Assembly: GCF_964204865.1 (NCBI RefSeq)
Contig: NC_135259.1
Span: 13,020,001-13,084,000, forward strand
Reading direction: 5' to 3'
DNA from: Styela clava
Taxonomy: Eukaryota
Length of the DNA stretch: 64,000 nt
Every line of letters starts with the position of its first letter. Position 1 is the stretch's first letter. Positions 1 to 12,877 of the stretch are shown piece after piece. The position numbers and the translations under genes were made by a program. The notes beneath the pieces are model-generated. The model was not told where the DNA came from. It saw only the letters and a program-made list of their open reading frames with translations, and ran no database searches.

Positions 1-873
1 AACATCTTCTAAAACGAAGTGAGTTTTTTTATCAATACTTGACGAAACGGAAATACAAATATCAAATTTTGAAACGAAAATAAATTCTACAGAATTAAGA
101 CTCGAGAGTATATCTTACTGTGACACAAGCTCCGACATTTCACATTTTTAGGAAGATGTACAACACAATTATACATCAAATAATTTAATGTAAGGATAGG
201 ATTTGTATGATAAACATACTTGGCATAGATGAGGTTGTTGACATGTAGTGGCCAACGAAACTGGCATGCCTGAATGGGATTGTCTCAAATAATAACCAAT
301 CACGGTGCAAATTGAGTTAAGTTTGAAGATAATATCTAAAGTAACAATAGGATCGTTTCACGTAAATTATTATGTAGCTAGTATGCCATAACCGAAAAAT
401 ATTGTAAATAGTAGACATAAGTTTGGCCTTCTACTTCTTCAACAGCCACTCGAAAATAATTACGGACCTCCTGAATTATGCGCACCAAGATGGCGCACAA
501 CCTGAACTTAGATTGTGTATCAGGTAAGGGTTCAGGTTATGCGACATCTTGGTGCGCATATTCAGGAGTAACAGAATTTCATTTCTAAAAAGCTAGGTAC
601 ACGTTCAACTCTGATCGTATTTGAAGTTGTTTGGACTTCCGGTTTGAGGCCTACTAGTAATTCCAACTTAAGTGATTGCAAGTAATATCTTTCTATACAG
701 TCACATCAGCGGAGGCGGTGGGTGGAGACAAGGGAAAAGAAAAAGAAGCTTGGATAAAGAAGAAACTTTCGAGCAAGGTAACTAATAACCTTGGGCAAAA
801 ATTCATAATTTGCTATTTTTCTAATTACTCAATATTTTCTGCAGTTGACGAAGACGCCATTTTGTTTGAATGA
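1..873 (+). CDS. Secreted prepropeptide family member P0 (5' truncated by window edge); exons <1-18, 701-777, 845-873; ...TSSKTN|HISGGGGWRQGKRKRSLDKEETFEQ|VDEDAILFE*
   Basis: GT/AG sites (AA|gtgagt at 18, atacag|t at 700, G|gtaact at 777, ctgcag|t at 844) give an open frame with phases 2 and 1. Clear paralog of PA (HI.GGG.W core; DED..LF[DE] tail). Confidence 0.82.
465..569. mobile_element. About 105-bp hairpin MITE (family A)
   Basis: Long inverted arms ctcctgaa.tatgcgcaccaagatg...catcttggtgcgcatattcaggag; second copy at 6396-6504. Confidence 0.8.
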
Positions 874-1064
874 AGTGTTTAAAGATAGAGGAGACATGTG
901 AAAAATACCAAACATCTAAAAAGCATGTCAAAAACTTCCTTTCTACATATTTGTGTAATAAATGAAATATTGTTGTATGCTTCAGTTTGATATATTAGAC
1001 TTTAATGTGCTGGACCTAAAGGTTAGCAACTAAAGGAAATTCATACCAGAATTATCAGTAGGTT

Positions 1065-1206
1065 ATTGACTTGGACAGTAAATAGAGGAAAAAATTCATA
1101 ACACTAACTTTTGAAATCAAAAGAGACAAATAATTGACTTGGACAGTAAATAGAAGAAAAAATTCATAACACTAACTTTTGAAATCAAAAGAGACAAATA
1201 ACTGAC
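1065..1206. repeat. 68-69 bp direct tandem repeat, 2 copies
   Basis: attgacttggacagtaaatagaRgaaaaaattcataacactaactttt(t)gaaatcaaaagagacaaata at 1065 and 1133. Confidence 0.9.
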
Positions 1207-1478
1207 ACAATAACGAAATGGTTGCAGTGTTATGGTTTCGTTATCAGCCTGCTGGCTTACTTACTGGCTGGCGACGAGCACAAGCATAATTATCCAGTGA
1301 GAAGGATGTAGACTCCAAGTGTCCAAATTTTCCATGTGACACTACAAAGGATAGAAACATTTAGAAATTAAACGTAGGAGATATTTATAAATACGAGCAA
1401 TCAATTGCAAAATTCGAAAACGTGTTGGTTTCGAAAATCCCCAGAAGTGAATGTTGCTTTTGTGTAAGTCAAAAAATA

Positions 1479-1684
1479 GGTACTCCCGTAATGTGTGTAC
1501 CAGGTTAGGGTTAAGTCATATTTTTATTTCTACCTTATTTTAGTTCTATTACGAGTTCGGGGACTGTGTTAGCCAAGTGAATATACCCCCTGCCCATAGG
1601 TTTCCGTCCCTTTACACAACTTTATGTTAAGTAGGCGAACAATATTAGTTACTTCGATGTTGGTACACACACTTCTGGAGCGCC
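1479..1684. mobile_element. About 205-bp MITE related to family A
   Basis: Termini ggtactcc.g.aatgtgtgtacca...tggtacacacacttctggagcgcc; internal ccaggttagggtt shared with 6396-6504; flanked by A runs. Confidence 0.7.
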
Positions 1685-2292
1685 AAAAATATGTGATACA
1701 ATCAGAAGTAATGTTAGAGAATAAATTCAAGATTATTCAAAACTATTCTTATTGAAACAAGTTTATGATACGAAGTAACATTTACCGGGAACTCAAGTGC
1801 AACAAGGTTTAGGAGAATATTGCGCTGCAATGCCAGATATATATATATACAAATTAGATGAAATATTTCTCTCGATGTAGCTTTTTTCAACGCATATATG
1901 TTATCACAAACGTGAGATAGTATATCACAAACATATTTAATTGCATGACATTCCTAGAAATTTCACTGAAAATAGAATTTGGGGCATGTTGCTCGAGAAA
2001 GAATATTCGTCTATTATGAACACGACAAACTCATGAAAAATAGCATGTTAATCCACTTCGTATGTATGTTAAATTCATCAGCTCTTTGTTATGAATTGCC
2101 GCGAACGTTACGTCATAAAACACAAGTTTGACGTAATAATACAAAAATGCGACATCGTAATATCATGATCCCATAATCCTAGGTGATTTATGACGTAAGT
2201 GTGGAGAATTTTATCCTATCAAACTCTAGCTTGGTTTATATGAGTATGAGTATGAAGTATGAGTTTCATAGTAAAATGACATTATTAATAGC

Positions 2293-2490
2293 CGGTGACC
2301 GTGCATTTGAACCCACGTCCATTTGAACCCATGTGTATATCCGCGGGTTCAATCTATATGCGGGGTGCTAAAACCCATGGGATAGGGTTAGTATGGGTTA
2401 AAATATCAGTAAAACAAAAAAAAATTCTATAGGTGCAATAGTATGCAGGTGCAATTGTCGTGGGTTCAAATGTACGGCGGACGGGAACCT
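2293..2490. mobile_element. About 200-bp MITE with inverted arms
   Basis: ccgtgcatttgaacccacg ... cgtgggttcaaatgtacgg; flanked by the direct repeat ttaatagcc on both sides. Confidence 0.7.
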
Positions 2491-3675
2491 TAATAGCCTA
2501 CTCAGAATGTTGACGACAACATCATCTACATTTTATTGATGCGTTACAGAAATTAACTGAATATAGCATTTCAAACATCGGCAAAGTGTGATTGAAAAAT
2601 GTTTTACTACTTATAAGATTGCATTTTCACACATCATTATAGTAAACTTGTTTCCTGTTTTATATATAAATCCATTTACTTATTTGCTTCCGGTCATTCA
2701 AAATATACACTTACTTATGCATTAATATTGATATCGAAAGCTGTTGGGGTATTAAGAACGACATAGGCTTTTTAGTATAGTGAATTTGAGAGTGTAAATC
2801 GCGCTGATTTGGGCAACCAAAGATAGAAGCTTTACTTGCGCACTGAAGTAAAATGTGTAGGACAGTGTTAGAGCACGTATAGTCTTGTAAAACGAAAATC
2901 TGGTGAAATTTAGTACGAAATGGACGTAACGAATTTCTGTTTATTTCATATTATTTACTTCCTAATCATTTATATAACAACATGCAAAATAATAAAATCC
3001 TTTTCTTTATGTCTGATAAAATGCAAAAATTTTATTCAAATCATTTATCACAAACAGCCGCCAATTCCAATGCTTTTAGTAACAATTCTTTGCTGTCAAG
3101 AAATAATGATAATAAACGATATGATGACAGAGACTTTATACGGACACGTATATAACCTTCTAAATTGAGCGATTAATTAAATACTCCAATTGCACGTTGT
3201 TTTCGTGTCATGTTCCCGTTGTTTTGAAACGTCATTTAATGGTAAATAAGCAATCTGATATGCCTTTTGTGATATCAGAGAAAACAACGACTCATGTTTA
3301 CGAATGCTAGTACGTTGAAGGGTTTATAAGCGGAATCAAATATTTGCAAGATGATTTAGTTACGAAGTAAACGTAGACGACAGACGTAGGCCCGCCTGCT
3401 CATAGCAGGTAGCTATAGGAGATATTTTGGTCCGGAAAGGGGGAAACGTGACAGCTTTGAACCGCCAAAACTACCTATGCATTCGGGCAGTGTATCAGAA
3501 ATCAATTAGTAAGTGCGATCGCCTACCGGTTGAAGCCTTGGACTTATCTATGTTGACATTGACATTGCAGAAAAAACTACTGGAATATTCCACTTCAGTC
3601 CTTCTAAAAATAGTACCTCATTATCCAGAAGTTACTGCCCGTACATAGCCTTATTTGGAGTGACGGTCGTGATTG

Positions 3676-3682
3676 TATAAAA
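3676..3682 (+). promoter_or_regulatory. Putative TATA box of PA
   Basis: TATAAAA about 185 bp upstream of the ATG, followed by a plausible short 5'UTR exon and intron. The AT-rich background lowers confidence. Confidence 0.35.
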
Positions 3683-3861
3683 ACACACTCTTACCAAAAC
3701 TGAACTTGTTTTGAGAATTTACTCCAAGAACATCAAATCATGTCTCATATGTAAATTAGCTTTATTCTAAGATTTTATGTTTTCAAACAGCCCTGATTTT
3801 ATAATTTATTGCTGTGATATATTCTAGAAAGAAAATTGTATAATCGGCTTACATATATATT

Positions 3862-5639
3862 ATGGAAAACTATAAGCTGTTACGAATCATCCTTATTTGT
3901 GTTACGCTGACCATTTTATCTTCGTGTGATGGGTTTTTATCCGACGATTTTCCCACTCGAGGTCGGGTTGTTAGTCCACCAGGGACAAATCAGAACCGGT
4001 TAGTAGTTTTATTGCTAATATTATATAGAAAATTCACTATCGCATGATAGCAGACATCTTAGAAAATTTTTGTTTGAGAAATGGCATACAACAGTATTTG
4101 CCATACAAATACACGCTGTTCATTTCTTGGACACGTAATGTACATATGGATCGTTGTGTTAATATGTTATTGTTGTTGTTCGCGTTGGTATTTTTTGATA
4201 TTGTTATACATATTGCTTTGCTCATTAACTATTTGATCATTTGCTCTAAAATTTTCCAGTGGTTGAAGATTGTATTTTTGCTAGAAGGCGATTACTTTTT
4301 TTTATTTCAAAAATTTCTCTATGCGATTCGTTTTTGTTTTTGCGAGGACGTCGTCCAAATTGCGCACCTTGTGGCAATTCCGCTTTCGCGTTAGTCGTGA
4401 AGATTTCCATACCGGTCGTTTAATGTCACAGATTGCCTGTGGCCTTGGCCTTGGAGTTCATATATTTGAGCATCGCTCTCTTGTTTTTGAACACGTTATG
4501 AATCGTTTTATAAATCTTTTCCTTTGAAAATTTGCTATTTTTATTTAACTCATAGGAATACTTTCATGTGACATTAAGAATCACTTTTGCATGACATCTG
4601 ACTTTCGTGTCTATATATTTCAGATCTGGTCCACTGTTATTATTATTTTTAAAATAAGACTCGGTTTTGGTAAATTTAGTAACAAAGTTTCATTCCATAA
4701 ACACCTGGGATTGGAAAAGTTTTTGACGTTTGAACACATTTTAGTGATCAAATTCGAAAATTTATAATTCGTTTTTTATATTTTATTAAAATACAGCCAC
4801 ATAAGAGGCGGCGGTGCTTGGTCTAATTCAAAAAGTAAAAGAAGTGCAATGAAAGAAGAAGATATTGAGAAAAGTGAGACATTTTTATTACGATTTATAT
4901 TTCAATTCAAATACATTTAGTTTTTACAATTTCATCGTCTCACAACAATATAAATGGAATATACAGAATTTAGCTCCGAGTTCTGATTCGTGAAATATAA
5001 ATTTTAAAAATCATTCAGGCTAGTTGTTACTGTTAGTACTTCCACTTCCACACGAATCGGGCAAATTTGATACTTCCCGCATTGAAATAATTGGTCGATT
5101 CAATGAATATTTTGATGGGAAAATTGCTCAAAATTTTTAATATAATATTGCTGTAAAATTAAATACATTTATTTGTGTACGAGGCTAGGTTGGCCGTTTT
5201 CCAATTAGATTTGTTCAATTTTGTTAAACAGATGACAATGCTGTCACTGTCTTATCATTACTTTTTATCATTTGATATTTATCTAGTTGTGATATATATA
5301 TAAAACCTTCTAATTGAGCATCTTAATTGAGAATAATTTAAGGTTCGTAACACCCAAAATCTTTCACATAGCTTACCCGTTTTGAAACTTTCGAATGAAT
5401 CGTATTATTCAATCTCCTGTCCTAGGCCAATATCCTTTATTATTTTATAGAAAAATTTTATAGTAAAGAAGAGGGTGATAGTCTATATTTAGCCATTCAT
5501 CTGGTTCAGTATCACATTGATGGTGCCAATACCTGACTATTTTTCACTTGAGGAGCTTGAATACTGTTTAAATGGGTAAACAGACAAATTTGTTTTATTA
5601 TTCATAATAGTGGATGAAGACACCGTTCTCTTCGACTGA
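3862..5639 (+). CDS. Secreted prepropeptide PA; exons 3862-3998, 4797-4873, 5611-5639; MENYKLLRIILICVTLTILSSCDG-FLSDDFPTRGRVVSPPGTNQNR|HIRGGGAWSNSKSKRSAMKEEDIEK|MDEDTVLFD*
   Basis: Hydrophobic signal peptide ending CDG. Canonical splice sites in phases 2 and 1, KR site and acidic LFD tail. TATA upstream at 3676; AATAAA at about 5680 and 5711. Confidence 0.85.
4100..4520. repeat. Dispersed repeat family R (other copies at about 16440-16720, 18830-19160 and 27040-27450; fragments at about 6735, 33205 and 59660)
   Basis: Shared motifs gctagaagg.gattac, aaattgcgcaccttgtggc, gtcgtgaagact...accggt and tgtccatatatttg.gca..gctctctt. Confidence 0.75.
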
Positions 5640-6004
5640 ACGCAATATTGTTAAACAACAAAAAGATGATAAAAGACTGAATAAATACAGACGTTTACGA
5701 GAAATCTACAAATAAAAATGTTTTGAGCTTTTGGTGTCTCAGAAAAGTACTTCAACACGCCCGAGATTGAATACAGTTTTAAACACCAAAAGATTTCAAA
5801 TCCCATCTATTGCAACTGTTTTTATTTGGCATAATTTTTACCTTTTTCAACTTGCTACTTATACAGCGAATAAGAATAAAAAATCATATACGTGTAAATA
5901 GGCTGCGCGAAGCGCATTTGTATTGTTCATCATGTTTCATTTTATTAATAGCACAAAAAGTATGTTTCATTTTTCAAGATTTTGAATTTGGGTATCCGCT
6001 TTTT

Positions 6005-6992
6005 TTACTCTTCATCGAAAAGTTCAGAAATATCTAAAAACGAAACAAAAAAAATTCGAGCAAAAATTGCATAAAAAATTATACTAAATCTGACCGAAAA
6101 AGTGCGACAAATTAACAGAAAAATATTCAATATTAGATCTACCTTCTTCCTGCTCTTCGATTTCCAACTCGCGCCTTTTTCTTTTCCATATTATGGGTAT
6201 TTTATGTGTCCTGATTGTAGAAAGATGTCATTGATTTAAAAAAAGCTTTGTAAAATATTTTATGCGTGAAATATGATTATAAGGTTACACTAAATGAGTA
6301 CGTAACATCCTAGAAAAGACTTTTAAAGGCAGTGGACGTTAACAGTTGCCGCGATGATGGCTATACTAGAAAATATTATATTTATAGCTTTTTTTGGACC
6401 TCCAGAATTATGTGCACCAAGATGGCGCACAACCTGAACATAGTAGTTGAACCAGGTTAGGGTTCAGTTTGTGCGCCATGTTTGTGCACATACTTCGGGA
6501 GCGCCATTTTTTGAATGCTACAACACATGTATCATTTATTGGACACATTCATATGTAGCGCTTTGCTAAATTGTTGTTATTGTTGGATGACATTTATTGT
6601 TAGGAACAATTGGTCTCTCCGATACCAATGAACAAATCTTTCAAAATTTCATATTGTGAATTCAGGATGTGGGACGCGATTTGCAATTTTGATTTGAAGC
6701 TTTTGAATGATAAGAGAATTCAATCATTGAACCTTCGTGTCCATATATTTGAGCAATGCTCTCTTGCTAACTTTTATAAATGTTTTGTGGTTACTGCTCA
6801 AAGCATTCTGGTGGAAAGTGCAATATAATTTTATAAATAAATATTTCACCTCGAAAGTCCTGCCACAGAAGGACTTCGTGTTGTTGGCACACGTTCATAC
6901 CACATGTTTCGACGGCCTCGTTGATGTCCAAGACTGGTTATTATAAATCCAGAAATTGTAAACAATATTACGAAGATCCTATAAACTTTCAT
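6005..6992 (-). CDS. Secreted prepropeptide PG; exons 6992-6850, 6210-6143, 6033-6005; MKVYRIFVILFTISGFIITSLG-HQRGRRNMWYERVPTTRSPSVAGLSR|THKIPIIWKRKRRELEIEEQEE|DISELFDEE*
   Basis: Read from the reverse complement and absent from the ORF track. Signal peptide; AG|gtgaaa, aatcag|g, G|gtagat and tttag|at splice sites with the family phases; W-KRKRR and ELFD motifs. Confidence 0.85.
6396..6504. mobile_element. Hairpin MITE (family A), in intron 1 of PG
   Basis: Homologous to 465-569; inserted in a T run. Confidence 0.8.
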
Positions 6993-9166
6993 ATTCCTTA
7001 TTACGAGTTATAAAAATTGTTGGAAAGTGTCTAATGACAATTTTAAAAAAGCATATATATTATGTAAATACGCGTTTTCAAATTTTCTGAAGGAAATAGA
7101 TTGCAAAAAACGAGATGGAATCTACTAACTATCTACAGAATTATACTCCTTTGTGGGCGCGATGGTCTGGTAGTTAAGGTATCAAACTTACTATACTGGC
7201 CTCACTGGGTGAAGATCTTGTGTTCAAATCTTAAGCTAACTACTTTACCCAGAGTGTGATAGGGATGATGATTCAGTGGGCAAGGCCGAAAGAGGAAATA
7301 TTCCGGTCGATCTGAAAGACTAGCCACATTAGTGGATGCTTTTACAGGAAATTGTTCAAAATAGAAGACACGAAGAAGCATGGATATAAAAACAGTTGGT
7401 AATTGCGTTAAAAATATTGAGTTCAATTGCCTTAAGAATAGTCTCAATCGTAGAAGTCTATTGAAAAATTCAAAGATAAAAATAGCTTCTCAAAATATCC
7501 ATACTGTAACTTGTTTGACTGTTCTCCATACTATATCTGTTGACCTCAATTGACCTTATTTTATTTCTATTCAGATTATCATACATTGCCTGTTTATAAA
7601 ACATAAAGGTATCTGACACTTTCAGAATCTAGCAAACATGCAGTAAATAAGTAACATATTGCGCACTATTTATTATTGTATCCTGCCTCCCTAACACGTC
7701 ACGTCGGTTTTCGATTTTCACACGATTTATACGTCATTTAAATTGCCGTTGAAATTTAATATTTTAAACACAGCAATAACATCGATGCTGAAAATCGCAT
7801 CAGCAAATAAGATGATATCAGTTTTGCTTTCAATTGCTGTCCATATCGCTTATGTCCATATTTTTTAATTAACATACCAATGCCACATCAAATATTTTAT
7901 TTTTTAATTTATACGAAATTCGATACCAGCTTTAAATCTTCAGACACCCTTTTCGGCAGTCAGATCCCACCATTTGAAGAGGATTTGATCAATTACAGGA
8001 ATATCTCAACAATTTTTTACACTCGAGTTTACATAGTTTTATCGAAAACAAAAATAAATTATGTATTCAAAGTATGATGCTTTCGTGTTTCAAATTTATT
8101 ATGAGGTGGTGTTATTTTCTTATCTCAAATATCACCATATTTAAATTAGGTAAACCTCGCTATAATACATATTTAACACATAAAGCAAAATTTTTATTAA
8201 ACCTGTGTAATGTACGCGAGTGTGAACCTTTTATTGCGTGAAGTGAAAAAGAACCAGTGACAATTTTCAACCACGATTAAAAACAGATAGATACTCTGTG
8301 ATTTGATCCCAAATTTTAACCCCAATTCGAATTTTTTAATTTCAAAAAACCGTAGAAACATATTTCTTCATTCAATATGAGCACACATTTCGTTTGTTTC
8401 AAACGTTGCATCGTCCATACTTGACACTTACGTTCAGTAGGTATAGTACTTGCGATATGCTACAGCTATGTATTAATTAAAAGAACGTACGTATTAATTA
8501 AAAGAACTTAAAAGTACATTCATTTCGCAGTCATCAACTCTCCAGTTTAAATCAAGACTTGCTAAAATGGCTTGAGTCTCATTTGCACAAGTCAAGTTAA
8601 AACTAAATCCATGGGTTTGGAGTTCATTCCAAATCATTTGATGTTCTCGACCTTGCTGCAGTCAAGTAAAAACAAATTTTCATTTTAGCGATCTCTTAAA
8701 AGACACTGTGAAAATCAAGTGAAGTCAAATCATTATTTTATTCTTGACCCAGTTTTTCTCACTCGAGTTGACCAAATCAAGAATGCATGTATCACTAAAA
8801 CAAATGAAAATGTACCAAGACCATTAGCTATTATTTACTTTTTTAAGTTTAAGTTGTAGATGTTGGTTTATGCATATAAATAATTCGAACTTTGTAACTG
8901 AGTTAGAACGCGGGCAGAATAAAACCAGCTGATTTCAGATTACAAGTACTATGATTTCAGTGAATAAAATTTTTATATTTTTTTATGCTAATTCTGAAAA
9001 GAGGGACAGAAGCCGAAAATCTGGTTAATTTTACAATATAAACAAACCACGGCCTTGTCACAGATGCCATGTATGCTGATGGTGAAGGTCATCGTGATAG
9101 TAATCATGTCTGTAATTCACCTTGCAAAATTGTACTTTATTCTATTGTTTAACACAATATCACAGC

Positions 9167-9519
9167 TAGGGCTGGGCAATTCGAACCGAATATTGGAAAC
9201 GAATAGTAAATTATTCGAATCAGTATCGACAGAAATTTCGTATTTTCCCATCCTGTTTTTTTTTTCTGTTTTCCAAAGGACGAGGTGAAGACTTATTACT
9301 CTTTTCTTCGTTGTGAGTAGTTGTTTCCTATTTCTTGTGAAAACTCAGCAAACTATATGAGTGATTGAACTATATTTGAAGTAGTTTATGTGTCTGGAGA
9401 ACCCATTACAATGAAAAAGTTAAAAACAATTACATATCTTTTAAGTATTCGTGATTCGATTCGAATAAAAAAACTATTCGATTCTGAAATCATCAGGTGT
9501 TTGAAGATGCCGAGCCCTA
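9167..9519. mobile_element. TAGGG-terminus non-autonomous DNA transposon
   Basis: tagggctgggca ... tgccgagcccta TIRs, subterminal ttcgaa/ttcgat motifs and a degenerate 8-bp TSD. Confidence 0.65.
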
Positions 9520-10376
9520 GTCCCAGTCCATCAGATTTTGCTTTTGACGAGAAGAGTACTTGTTTTGATATATTTGATTGGAATAGCTTATCTCGCAAAT
9601 TGCCGTCTTTCAGCTTCAAGAAATTAAATAATAAATATGATTGACACCACCGGATGAATTATCCAGTTTTGCTTCCAATTTATTAGCAACTACGATAATA
9701 ATTACGACACATTTTGTCATAATATTAATACCGATTGTGATAATAATCCGACAACGATGTGACGAAAATGCGAAATTATTGGTTGCAATTCAATTCAATA
9801 AAGGAGATTATTGGAAAGTTAATTGAATTTTTTGAGAAATTAAAAAGCAATTACATTTATTAAAATATGAAAGGAATAAACTGAAACATCACATTATGAC
9901 TGCGGGCGTGTTGTAGTATATAAGTCGGTAAAATTTCAATTCACTGTATTACGTTACTGCAATTTGACGAATTACGAAAGACATGAGATGTTATGAGTAT
10001 GACTTTGAGGAGGTGTTTGGAGTCTGGACTCTGGAGTCAGTGAGTTGGGGTTTTATGTAATCTGAAATCGCATTCGAAAGCACACTTTGGACTTTTTTTT
10101 CGGTCGAAATTATATCAACTGTTCGAGCAGCCAAAATTTTATAATTTTTAGCGGTGGGAGCTGGGATGGACACGTATTCGTGAACTAAAGATAGGGTCCA
10201 AATTTGTTCAACTTGATGTCGGGAGTTTCAGCAGGTGGCGGTTTTTAAATGGTTGGCGTCAGAAAGTACTGATGAACTTTTTCGACCCCACAGTCAACGC
10301 CATGGTTTAATCAAGCAGTCGGCATAATCCACGAGTTTCCATTCTCAGGTTGATTTTTAGGACTACCTGTATCAAT

Positions 10377-11234
10377 ATGTCTAAACTACAGTTTTATGTG
10401 ATTATTACAATGTCTTGTTGCCTTGCTCTCAGTATCTTGCAAACATCTGGTACACTTTTGTCATGGTGGTCAAGAAAACTCTATCCGGATGTTCCTTTTA
10501 AAGTAGCACAATTACAGTCAAGGTAAAATCGTATTACACATCACTTAGTTATATAACAAAAGGAACTGTAATACTTTTTTGCATGTATAAAACCCTTGGT
10601 TCTTAGATCTTTAAAATAGCTCAGTTAAAAACATCATTTTCATTTATAAATAAAAGTTTATTATGACAATTTTATCTTTCCAGACGCTCATCATTCAGTG
10701 TTACAACTTTTATAACAACGTGGCGATCAAAACGTGACATTCCCGAAAGTGGTGAGGTTTTTATTAGTTATGAACATTATCGTTATATCGTATATTAATT
10801 ACAAGGCTGTATGGGAACATGAAATTTATATTTAAACCTCTTAATAAGATATCGGCTTATTTTTAACAGTTTGCTGCAGTGATAAACACATAATAATTCT
10901 GTTGCTGAATTACTGAAATAAATATTTTAATTCGCATGTTCGCAAGTGACCCTCTTTTTGAATCTGCGTTGAAAAAAACTTGGCTTTTACACTAGTTTTT
11001 ACAGTAACCTAATTTGCTTTCAAAAGTCCGATATTTGCATATCATAATGCTATAGTTCCACTCCAACAGTAGGGGGAGGGGAGTCTAAATTTTTAAAAGA
11101 ACTAAGTAGCAAACAGCTAAAACTAATAAACTCTTCGTGATCGGTATAGCAGAGTATTTAATTGGTTAAAATATATGTGTTTTTTTTGTATTTCAGACGA
11201 CGAAGCCCTTTTTGATATGGACGTGAAAAATTGA
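10377..11234 (+). CDS. Secreted prepropeptide PB; exons 10377-10522, 10684-10751, 11197-11234; MSKLQFYVIITMSCCLALSILQTSG-TLLSWWSRKLYPDVPFKVAQLQSR|RSSFSVTTFITTWRSKRDIPES|DDEALFDMDVKN*
   Basis: Not in the ORF track. Signal peptide, canonical splice sites (phases 2, 1), W-RSKR furin-type site and ALFD tail. Confidence 0.85.
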
Positions 11235-12529
11235 CCAATATTTTATTTCCGGACTGGGAAAACAGACTTCCATTTTATCATCATTATTTCTCACATGTTG
11301 ACGAATTTAAACAACTTTTGACTGAGAGCTCTTTATTGAAACACAAATTTCATTGACATTGTTTAAGATTAATCAAGAACATGGCAGGGGCTCCATAATT
11401 TAGCTACTAATTCTGAGTTGTACCATATCTGCTTATTACCTTTTTTTGTATAAAACGCATCCATGTTATCATAGAAGAATAAGTTTAAAATTATTTACTT
11501 CCGCGATCTAACATATATAAATTTATTATATTTGACTGTTGCTGTAGTGGATTATAATAATTTTGAATTTTGTTTATATTAATTCAGTTAATAAATTACG
11601 GATAATTACCGAGATAATTGATGCGAGTAAGTTATTATTCAACTATTTGGCGCCAATAAAGTATATTTATCGTACAATGTGAATTAATTTTATGATCAAT
11701 TATTCTTTGTCGATTACACCTCTGCGTACATTAGGTGTAACGTAAATGTGTTGATTGTGTGTGGAAAACGTAGTCATTATAATTTAATAAAATTCAATAT
11801 TAAGTGAAAACAATAGTATATTTATCCAATTTTTTAAACTGCTGTTACGAATTTTCGTTGTTATTATATCACAGTAATTTCGGATTTCGCTGATCACAAA
11901 AATTTCAATTATCTTTAGTGTTTGATAAATCAGAGATTGGTTGATAGTTGCAGGCTTCAACCATTACAGCACTATGATGAGCGCGACGGCGCAATTGATT
12001 TTGAACTCAAACTAGATCCCTATATTTGAATACCTTTTTTAATTAATATCACTAATCTCCATTTATTTACTTTTAAAAAATGATGACTTTTAACTATGGC
12101 ATTATGATACAAATGTTTCGTTTCGATTTGCAGATCTTTATTCCAGACAAAAGCCTGGAAAACAGGCTTTTTCATCCCGCCCAAATGAAAATAAATGACA
12201 ACAAAACTTGTTTCTTTATGGTACATCGACTTTTATGTTTATATATACGGAAATAAGTTAACTCGAGTGAGTCTACTTTTAAAATGTTGTTTCTAGGTCC
12301 TTTATTTGGAGGTTCAGTTCATCGATATAAATAAGACTACAGGAAGTCGCTATCATACTCGGTATTAAGTCGAAATATCAGAATAAGCGAGGTTGGCCCA
12401 TGGTTGAAGAATATTCTAGAAAGGTCTTGACTAAGGTTTCAAAAAGAGAATAAACTTTCGACGTGAAATCATTAAACTACAGAGAGTAATATATTATTTG
12501 ATAATTATCTTATATGGTAGATACGTATT

Positions 12530-12877
12530 ATTTGGATCCACTGTGACCAAGGGAGAAAATGCTATGTTGGTTGGTGCTCATTTATGGTCCACCTGAATCA
12601 AGCTATAATAAATTCCAAAAAGTATGCGGTTGGGTATACATGCCCAGAGCTATTTTCGGAGTGAAACATGTAATAAAAATGTAAATAAAATCGATGACAA
12701 ATCAAGTTTCGAGTAATGATGAACATAAACACAGTCACCCAACTTTCCATCCCTTTCTGCTTGAACAGCCAAATCGTACTGTTGATTTCATTGTTACTTT
12801 GGTTTCAATCCATTCTTGGAAACTTTGTACATTCATGTAGATTCCCGTTTTCAGTTCCCAACCGCAGTATTCAGAGC
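12530..12877 (-). pseudogene. Trypsin-family (S1) serine protease remnants: exon-like 12877-12735 (GSEYCGWELKTGIYMNVQSFQEWIETKV...) and degenerate LDSGGP* segment from about 12603
   Basis: The first segment matches the S1 C-terminal pattern G..CG....GVYT.V..Y..WI and follows an acceptor (ttttag|). The second has DSGGP after an acceptor, then a stop. No upstream exons were found. Confidence 0.5.

Noticed and set aside
1065-1206. CRISPR-like or regulatory array
   Set aside because: A simple two-copy tandem duplication without spacers, in eukaryotic DNA.
1205-1311. Signal-peptide-like frame (TKWLQCYGFVISLLAYLLAGDEHKHNYPVRRM*)
   Set aside because: No in-frame ATG, and no matching downstream exons with family motifs.
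5451-5536. Alternative last exons for PA (acceptors at 5231 and 5450)
   Set aside because: The exon at 5611-5639 gives MDEDTVLFD, matching paralog P0; the alternatives lack the motif.
9620-9720. Minus-strand MTKCVVIIIVVANKLEA... as exon 1 for the His-rich exon
   Set aside because: The hydrophobic core is short, and I found no phase-2 donor compatible with the 9109 exon.
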